This document shows, piece by piece, positions 19,649-26,142 of a stretch of DNA of 37,343 bases (within the stretch, counting starts at the first letter, position 1; the number at the start of each line of letters is the position of its first letter). The notes under the pieces are model-generated. The model worked only from the letters and a program-made list of their open reading frames with translations. It ran no database searches and was not told the origin of the DNA. A program made the translations under genes and the position numbers. Origin of the DNA: an uncultured Gammaproteobacteria bacterium (GTDB lineage Bacteria > Pseudomonadota > Gammaproteobacteria > UBA9214); NCBI GenBank assembly GCA_905480065.1, contig CAJQOV010000087.1, forward strand, positions 1 through 37,343, in the 5' to 3' direction.

Positions 19649-20569
19649 ATGATTGCACCTGGTCGACAACAGGCATTGATCAAAATGCTTGCAAATCAGC
19701 GCCTGCCCGACGCTTACCTGGAAAGCGCTCAGCACTGGTTCGATCCGCTTGCACAACAGTTCGCAGGGCAATGCCGCAAGCAGGCGGGTCTTCCCTTGCT
19801 GATTGGCATCAACGGCAGCCAGGGCTCCGGCAAGAGCACCCTCAGTGAATACCTGAGCCTGATACTGCAGTGGGACTGGGACTTGCGTGCAGTGGTGTTA
19901 TCACTCGACGACGTGTACCACACGAAATCACGGCGCGAACTGCTGGCCCGGCAAATACACCCCCTGCTTGCCACGCGCGGCGTACCGGGCACCCACGACA
20001 TGGAGCTGGCCGAAGCCACCTTGCAGAAGTTGCTGCAGCCGGGTGCTGCAGCAGAGGTGCGCATCCCGCGTTTCGACAAGGCGACGGACGACCGCAAGCC
20101 GGAATCGGAATGGGACAGAGTGATTACACCCGTGGATGTGGTCATCCTGGAAGGCTGGTGCCTGGGCATCCCGCCGCAACAGGAAGCGGATTTATTGCGA
20201 CCAGTCAATGCGCTGGAAGCCCGGGAAGACCCGCAGGGGATATGGCGCCGCTACGTCAACCAGGCGATTGAACGCGACTACCTGCCACTGTACCGACAGG
20301 TGCAGCAGTGGCTGATGCTGCGCGCCCCCTCCTTTGACTGTGTTTTCAACTGGCGCATGGAACAGGAGAGCAAGCTGGTGCCAGTTGCGAATTCGCAGGG
20401 GGTGATGGATACCGAACAGGTGGCGCGCTTTATCCAGCACTTCCAGCGCCTGACCGAGCACGGCCTGGAGGCCTTGCCACCGCTGGTCCACCACCTGTTC
20501 CAGCTGGACAGCCAGCGCAGGATTACCGCCTATAGCCAACCCCTGGCCAGCATGACGCAAGACCGTTAA
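19649..20569 (+). CDS. P-loop D-glycerate 3-kinase (plant/fungal GLYK-type, PRK/uridine-kinase fold)
   Basis: 306-aa ORF with the Walker A motif GINGSQGSGKSTL, followed by LSLDDVY, ATRGVPGTHD, PRFDKATDDR and ILEGWC. These are the blocks I associate with GLYK-family kinases. Confidence 0.7.
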   Translation: MIAPGRQQALIKMLANQRLPDAYLESAQHWFDPLAQQFAGQCRKQAGLPLLIGINGSQGSGKSTLSEYLSLILQWDWDLRAVVLSLDDVYHTKSRRELLARQIHPLLATRGVPGTHDMELAEATLQKLLQPGAAAEVRIPRFDKATDDRKPESEWDRVITPVDVVILEGWCLGIPPQQEADLLRPVNALEAREDPQGIWRRYVNQAIERDYLPLYRQVQQWLMLRAPSFDCVFNWRMEQESKLVPVANSQGVMDTEQVARFIQHFQRLTEHGLEALPPLVHHLFQLDSQRRITAYSQPLASMTQDR

Positions 20570-20605
20570 CGGGTCGCAAACCCGCGCAAGCGAGTCGATA
20601 GCCGG

Positions 20606-21592
20606 TCATTGATCCAACGTCAGGACAATCTTGCCGAAGTGCTTGCTCTGTTCCATTGTCCTGTGGGCCTCGGCGACATCATCAAGCGGAAAGGTCCTGT
20701 AGATAAGGGGCTTGATGGACCCGTCGGAGAAAGCCGGCATCACGGTGCTGGTGAATTGCGCAACGATCTGCTGCTTTTCCTGCACGGAACGTGACCGCAG
20801 CACGGAGCCGATGATGTGCTGGCGCTTTACCATCATGAGGGCAAGATTCAGTTCGGCCTTCGCGCCACTCATGACACCGATAATCACGAGCCTGCCTCCG
20901 ACCGCAAGCGCCTTCATATTTGGCGCAAGGTAGCTCGCGCCGATATGATCGAGGATGACATCGGCGCCTTTTTTCCCGGTAAACGCCCTGACCGCTTCTG
21001 CAAAATCCTCCTGCTGGTAATTAATAACGAGATCGGCACCGAGTTGCCTTACACGCTCGATCTTTCCGGCAGATGCAGTGACCATAATCCGGCTGTTCGG
21101 TGCGAGCTTGCGGCACAACTGGATAGCGGCAGTGTTCACGCCGCCGCCACCGCCGTGGGCAAGCACACACTGCCCGTCTTTAAAACCACCGATCATGAAG
21201 ATATTCAGGAACGCGGTAATGTAGCTTTCGCATACACATGCCGCCGACTCAAAACTCATGGTTTCCGGAATCGGGATCAGGTGACCGGCATAGGCGACAG
21301 CATATTGTGCATAACCGCCTCCACCCACCAGGGACATGACGCGGTCTCCGCGCTTGCATGACGTCACTCCCGGCCCGGTTTCCTCGATAACGCCGGCGAC
21401 CTCCAGACCGGGGATTTCCGAATCACCCGCTGGTGGAGGATAATTACCTTCGCGCTGCACGATATCGGGGCGATTTACCGACGTTGCGGCGACCTTGATC
21501 AGGACCTGTCCCTCGGAAGGCACCGGTTTCTGTGTTTCGCCGATCTTGAGCACCTCCGGACCACCGAAACCATCAAGCAACACCGCTTTCAT
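20606..21592 (-). CDS. qor: NADPH:quinone oxidoreductase (zeta-crystallin-like MDR family)
   Basis: 328-aa ORF with VNRPDIVQREGNYPPP, GLEVAGVI and the AHGGGGGV nucleotide-binding glycine motif. Confidence 0.85.
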   Translation of the reverse strand: MKAVLLDGFGGPEVLKIGETQKPVPSEGQVLIKVAATSVNRPDIVQREGNYPPPAGDSEIPGLEVAGVIEETGPGVTSCKRGDRVMSLVGGGGYAQYAVAYAGHLIPIPETMSFESAACVCESYITAFLNIFMIGGFKDGQCVLAHGGGGGVNTAAIQLCRKLAPNSRIMVTASAGKIERVRQLGADLVINYQQEDFAEAVRAFTGKKGADVILDHIGASYLAPNMKALAVGGRLVIIGVMSGAKAELNLALMMVKRQHIIGSVLRSRSVQEKQQIVAQFTSTVMPAFSDGSIKPLIYRTFPLDDVAEAHRTMEQSKHFGKIVLTLDQ

Positions 21593-21787
21593 AATAAACC
21601 TCCCTCGTAAAAACTATAAAGCGCCCCCTTGCACGGTCAGTCATGCTAGCACACATGATGCCTGTCAAAACGCAGTGCAGATTCAGCGGAGTGTCCGCGT
21701 AACACCTGGGTTACCTGCCGCCCGGGTATCTCAGTCTGTAACCAGGCATGCAAAAAGCCCCTGCAGTATCGCGACTGGATTACGGCC

Positions 21788-21903
21788 TGATCATACCGAA
21801 ACCCTGCCTGATTGAGCCACGTTGACCTGAATGGATTCCGGTCATTTGCCCTTCCCCCGGCTAATCCATGCCTCACGGCCAATCGATACCCGGTTGCATC
21901 TGC
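21788..21903. repeat. Copy A of a ~110-bp repeat, lying just downstream of the IS91-family transposase remnant (possible IS end)
   Basis: Aligns by eye at roughly 75-80% identity with 33762-33872 in the same orientation. Shared strings include TGATCATAC, CCTGCCT, TGACCTG, TCATTTGCCCTT and CATGCCTC. Confidence 0.7.
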
Positions 21904-21944
21904 GCAATGCAGCAACATTGGTTGCACGAGAATGCTTTCTTGAG

Positions 21945-22136
21945 TCAGCCGAACAGGCCGGACTGCGCCGGCGCTCGACTGTCCGGCAACAGCAGCGCAA
22001 CTCGTGCCGGCAATTTTTCTTGCAGATGCATCAGGATCTGCTTAATGACCACCGGGTCTTCGATGCAGGCAATCACCCTGGCTGTTCCTCCACAGACTCG
22101 GCACCTCTCAACGTCAAGCTTGAAAAGCTTGATTGA
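21945..22136 (-). pseudogene. IS91-family (Y2 HUH) transposase C-terminal remnant
   Basis: A 63-codon open frame without a start codon: SIKLFKLDVERCRVCGGTARVIACIEDPVVIKQILMHLQEKLPARVALLLPDSRAPAQSGLFG*. The pattern C-x2-CGG-x4-IA-x-IEDP-x-VI-x2-IL-x-HL ... RAP-x-Q-x-GLF matches the conserved C-terminus of IS91/IS801/ISCR-type transposases as I remember it. Confidence 0.55.
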
Positions 22137-22191
22137 CTAGTCATGGTCAAATGGTCATTGTTTCCGGGAGCTCTGTCAGATGGAGGTAATT

Positions 22192-22557
22192 ATGCGGGCG
22201 GAAGTCAGGAAGCATGATGCGGCTGTTGAATTTCCAACGCCGGAGCGCTGTCACATCGCGGAAGTCGCCAATGATGCCGGGGATGAGCTGGTTTCGATTG
22301 CGCGCGCAAGGGTTGAGCCCGAGGTCACGACGGCCTGGCACAAGTTAAAAGGGGTCAGTGAGCGCTATATCATCGTTTCGGGAGAAGGGCGTGTTGAAAT
22401 CGACGACCTGCAGCCGGTTGATGTCTGTGAGGGTGATGTCGTACGCATACCGGCTGGTGCGGCGCAGCGCATCAGTAATACGGGCAATGATGACCTTGTC
22501 TTCTACGCCGTTTGCTCGCCACCCTTCGAGGTTGGCTGCTATGTGAGCCTGGAATAG
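22192..22557 (+). CDS. Cupin-domain protein (cupin_2 type)
   Basis: Small ORF of about 121 aa with the cupin beta-barrel pattern (TAWHKL.GVSERYIIVSGEGRVEI...GDVVRIPAGAAQRISNTGNDDLVFYAV). ATG at 22192 follows a GGAGG SD. Confidence 0.75.
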   Translation: MRAEVRKHDAAVEFPTPERCHIAEVANDAGDELVSIARARVEPEVTTAWHKLKGVSERYIIVSGEGRVEIDDLQPVDVCEGDVVRIPAGAAQRISNTGNDDLVFYAVCSPPFEVGCYVSLE

Positions 22558-22567
22558 ATGTTAAATA

Positions 22568-22697
22568 AAGGGGTCGGATACATTTATTCACTGCCCATCA
22601 CATGGGGAACCAAGGGGTCAGAGTACATGAAAAACTGCTTGATCCCAACTCTGGCGAGGAACCAAGGGTAAGAACGAATCAAGTACTCTGACCCCTT
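22568..22697. repeat. GGGGTC(A/G)GA hairpin repeats (family 2): a solo half-copy plus a 15-bp perfect inverted pair
   Basis: AAGGGGTCGGATACAT at 22568-22583. AAGGGGTCAGAGTAC at 22612-22626 pairs with GTACTCTGACCCCTT at 22683-22697. The direct repeat GGAACCAAGGG(G/T) occurs at 22606 and 22659. Confidence 0.8.
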
Positions 22698-22837
22698 AAT
22701 TGTTGCACAGGTCACAGCTCCGGGGGACCGAGTGGCGGAAACTGCATCCACGAATGATTTCCGGCACTCTGCCCCTCAGTTCCGGGAACGGATTACTGCG
22801 TGTATGCTGGCCTTTGCAAACCCAGGAGGCAGCTCAA

Positions 22838-23446
22838 ATGCTGAAATTCATAAGCAAGCATATCCTTACCGGACTGGTGGCCATCCTGCCCGTGATACTC
22901 ACGCTCTACCTGCTCTACTGGTTTGTGGTATCCACGGAAGCCGTGCTAGGCGACATGATCCGCCTGTGGCTGCCGGAAAATCTGTACCGGCCCGGCATGG
23001 GTGTGATTATCGGGCTGACAGCCGCGTTCATCGTGGGATTGCTGATGCATGCCTACGTGGTGCAAAGGTTGTTCGCCATGGGAGAAAAACTCCTCTACCA
23101 GACACCCATGGTCAGATTGATCTACCCGGCGATACGCGACTTCCTGAATTATTTTTCACCGGACACCAAAAGGGAATTCGACCAGGTGGTCGCCGTCACG
23201 CTGGGCGATACCGGCATGCAGGTGATCGGCTTCGTTACCCAGGAAAACCCGGAAAAGCTGCCTGAAGACTTCCGCACAGAAGACAGTGTGCTGGTCTACC
23301 TGCCGCTGAGTTACATGATCGGGGGTTATGCCGTGCTGATGCCCCGCAGCGCCATCCGGCCGGTCGACATGAACATGGAGGAAGCGATGCGGTTTACCCT
23401 GACCGCCGGCGTCACCGGCGCCACCGCGCCCGGGGCATGGAAATAA
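22838..23446 (+). CDS. DUF502-family membrane protein
   Basis: About 202 aa starting at ATG 22838 (AGGAGG SD). It has two N-terminal TM segments and a C-terminal pattern (PMVRLIYPAIRDF..., VIGFVTQ, LVYLPLSYMIGGYAVLMPR...VDMNMEEAMRFTLTAGV) matching DUF502 proteins. Confidence 0.7.
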   Translation: MLKFISKHILTGLVAILPVILTLYLLYWFVVSTEAVLGDMIRLWLPENLYRPGMGVIIGLTAAFIVGLLMHAYVVQRLFAMGEKLLYQTPMVRLIYPAIRDFLNYFSPDTKREFDQVVAVTLGDTGMQVIGFVTQENPEKLPEDFRTEDSVLVYLPLSYMIGGYAVLMPRSAIRPVDMNMEEAMRFTLTAGVTGATAPGAWK

Positions 23447-23518
23447 ATCGGCGAATCGTTCAGGGTGCCGGTGAAAATTCGCAATCATTTCCATTTGTCA
23501 GCGCCCCCTTTAACTCAG

Positions 23519-23623
23519 TCGCAGGAGCGCAGGGATGCGCGAACGCGGAGGCCGGCCTGTTCGCGGACAACGTCCGCTCCTGCCGGTGCATCGAGTTTTG
23601 CAGGAGCGCTTCGCAAGCGCGAT
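23519..23623. repeat. REP cluster, family 1 variants (three units, the middle one inverted)
   Basis: Three units: TCGCAGGAGCGCAGGGATGCGCGAA at 23519-23543, TTCGCGGACAACGTCCGCTCCTGCC at 23560-23584 (inverted), and TGCAGGAGCGCTTCGCAAGCGCGAT at 23599-23623. Confidence 0.8.
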
Positions 23624-23647
23624 TATTTTAACGGGGAAGTTCCAGGC

Positions 23648-24394
23648 CTAGAGTTGCACTGTCCTGTTCAGCAATGCATCGATGACTTGTTCCATTTCAC
23701 TACCGCTTACTTCATCCCTTTCACAACTGGAAATACAGAGATTCGCTGCCGCCACAGGCTGTAATGAATTCCCGACAAACAGGTCCAGCGCCGCCCCGCC
23801 CCTCTGGATAATGTCCTTGCAGACCAGCGGGCTCAACATCCCGGCAGTCTCCAGCACCGGCAATACCGCGACGTTGTGCAGGGCAGTCAATAATTTCGGC
23901 CCGATATACTGCGCAGGCATGGTTCCATCATTCAGCGACAGCAGGCGTTGCGCAGTGTCCGCATAAAAATCCAGCAACCTGTTTCCCCTGCGAAACATCA
24001 AAAATGCATTGTGCACCTTTGTGTAGACCTTGAGCCTGCCGTGCCTGTCGTGCTGCACCCAGACTTCACGGCCCACCGCACAGGGCAGTTCGGGAATCAC
24101 AAATGCCGGCGCATTGAATACCAGGAAATCGGCATCCAGCCAGATCACGGTTTGGTAGCCCTCCTGCAAGGCATCCTGCAGCAGCAACAGGCGCGCCAGG
24201 TCGGTGGCAACCACCTTTTGCCTGCGTGTTTTTTCCAGGAGAGGGCCGGGTACACCACCAAACAGCTCATCGCCCACAAAACGATAGTCAAACCCGCGCA
24301 TTACACACCAGTCACGCACGGATGCAAGACAACGTTCAATCCAGGGATAGGGTAATGGCGCGCGGTGCGACTGTATGACAAGGGTATCGTGCAT
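23648..24394 (-). CDS. Hypothetical protein, possibly a GT32-like DXD-motif glycosyltransferase
   Basis: 248-aa ORF. ATDLARLLLLQDALQEGYQTVIWLDADFLVF resembles the sD-x-R-x2-L...GG-x-Y/W-x-D-x-D block of GT32/capsule-type transferases. Confidence 0.4.
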   Translation of the reverse strand: MHDTLVIQSHRAPLPYPWIERCLASVRDWCVMRGFDYRFVGDELFGGVPGPLLEKTRRQKVVATDLARLLLLQDALQEGYQTVIWLDADFLVFNAPAFVIPELPCAVGREVWVQHDRHGRLKVYTKVHNAFLMFRRGNRLLDFYADTAQRLLSLNDGTMPAQYIGPKLLTALHNVAVLPVLETAGMLSPLVCKDIIQRGGAALDLFVGNSLQPVAAANLCISSCERDEVSGSEMEQVIDALLNRTVQL

Positions 24395-24486
24395 CTGGTA
24401 TTCCGGGGACGTTGTACTTGATTCTAATTTTCAACAGGGCGCAGGTAATCAGTATATTGTCCGCGGAACAGCAACTGGAGAAAGAC

Positions 24487-24753
24487 ATGAAGCTTGCGAT
24501 GGTTGGTCTGGGCAAGATGGGCGCCAACATGGTGCGCCGACTGGTCAGGGATGGTCACGAGGTGGCCGCCTATGACCTGGGCGCGGCTGCCACCGAGAGC
24601 CTGGCGAGCGAGTCCGGCGCCATTACCGCGGCGGACTCGCTCGCCGCCCTGCTCGCCGCGCTGCCACGACCGAGGGTGGTCTGGCTGATGGTTCCGCACC
24701 AGTTTGTCGACAGCAGTATCGACGACCTGACCGGTGTTGTTAGTTTGCACTAA
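24487..24753 (+). pseudogene. Truncated 6-phosphogluconate dehydrogenase-like (NAD-binding N-terminal fragment only)
   Basis: MKLAMVGLGKMGANMVRRLVRDGHEV...PRVVWLMVP matches the N-terminus of short Gnd/YqeC-type 6PGDH proteins. The frame ends after 88 aa, exactly where the sequence switches to AT-rich DNA (24754-24911). Confidence 0.6.
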
Positions 24754-24911
24754 ATATTGATCCAGCCAGAACAGCTATTTGCGTGTCAGTTTTATCCATC
24801 AAAAGTCGATGTAACAGATACATTCCCATAGATTACCTGGCCGTGCAGATAGTTCATTTTTCAGTGCATATTCCGGGTCAACATTCGCCGCAAATTAACA
24901 CCCTATTTGGA

Positions 24912-25814
24912 TTACCTACCGCCCTCGATCCACTTGCGAATACGGTTGGCGTCGCCGAAGGGCGTCAGCTTGCCGAAGGAGTTGAGCAGCACGATGGTGA
25001 GTGGCTGGTCGTCAATCTCAGCCTGCATCACGAGGCAGCGCCCGGACTCGTTGAGGTAACCGGTCTTGCTGAGCTGGATGTCCCAGCTCCTGTTCCTCAC
25101 CAGCGGGTTGGTGTTATTGAACATGAGTTCACCGCGGCCCTTGTATGGCCTGACTGTGGCCGAGCGGGTGGTGGTGGCAGTACGAATCAGCGGGTAGGAC
25201 ATGGCAGCGCTCACCATCCTGGCCGTGTCGCGAGCGGAGGAGACATTAGCGGGATCAAGACCAGCAGGATCTTTGAAATGGCTGGCCCGCATACCAAGCG
25301 CATCCGCCTTTTTGTTCATGGCCACGACAAATGCCGCTTTACCCTCAGGCCATGTGCGGGCAAGTGCATTGGCTGCCCGGTTTTCGGATGACATCAGCGC
25401 CAGCTGCAACAACTGTTTGCGTGTCAGTACCGCGCCATACTGCAGCCGCGAACCGGTCATCTGGATCGGATCCCGGTCATCATTGGTGATGGTAATCTGC
25501 TCCTGCAGATCGAGCTTGCTGTCCAGGATAACCATCGCCATCATCAGCTTGGTAATCGAAGCGATGGGCCGTGGGTCATTCACATGCCTGGAATAGACTG
25601 CCTCACCATTCTGATCCAGCACCAGCACCGCGTCCGACCTGAGCTCCAGTTTATTCGGGTTCAGTGCGCCCCAGCGCGGCGCTGTGACGACCTGCGAGGT
25701 TGTGCTGGCCTCCTGCTTTGCCAGCTGCACAGTGGTATCCGCAGCCATTCCCGGCCCTGCAAAAAAGAGGAGTGACAGACAACCGGGTAGGAGAAAGGGC
25801 TTCATGGTCAACAT
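24912..25814 (-). CDS. pbpG: D-alanyl-D-alanine endopeptidase (PBP7-like, peptidase S11)
   Basis: 300-aa ORF with a signal peptide, SxxK (SITKLM), SxN (SSENRA) and KTG (SKTGY) motifs. Confidence 0.85.
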   Translation of the reverse strand: MLTMKPFLLPGCLSLLFFAGPGMAADTTVQLAKQEASTTSQVVTAPRWGALNPNKLELRSDAVLVLDQNGEAVYSRHVNDPRPIASITKLMMAMVILDSKLDLQEQITITNDDRDPIQMTGSRLQYGAVLTRKQLLQLALMSSENRAANALARTWPEGKAAFVVAMNKKADALGMRASHFKDPAGLDPANVSSARDTARMVSAAMSYPLIRTATTTRSATVRPYKGRGELMFNNTNPLVRNRSWDIQLSKTGYLNESGRCLVMQAEIDDQPLTIVLLNSFGKLTPFGDANRIRKWIEGGR

Positions 25815-25957
25815 TGTCCTCGGCCATCAGGCGCGTTAGTCAGGCTGGATCGGATGCCAGTGCATACAGGGGGCAATGGCGTTATTCATCCCCCCTGCGC
25901 CGGACTGCCCCGCCTTTTCCACACTCGAGGAATCAGCAGACGGAGGGATTACACTTT

Positions 25958-26068
25958 AGGAACCTCTGAATAATTCATTGTCGTCATCCCGGCGCATGCC
26001 GGGATCCAGCGTTTTCAATACACTGGATGCTGGTCTTCGCCGGCATAACGAATTAATCAGAGGTTCCT
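25958..26068. mobile_element. 111-bp MITE-like element with 22-bp terminal inverted repeats
   Basis: AGGAACCTCTGAATAATTCATT at 25958-25979 pairs with AACGAATTAATCAGAGGTTCCT at 26047-26068 at 20 of 22 positions. An internal palindrome CCCGGCGCATGCCGGG is present. Confidence 0.65.
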
Positions 26069-26142
26069 TTATTCACCCCATCTCCGTTTATTGGCTAATC
26101 GGTATACTGTCCCCGGAATCCAGGACCGAATAGTAGAGAATA

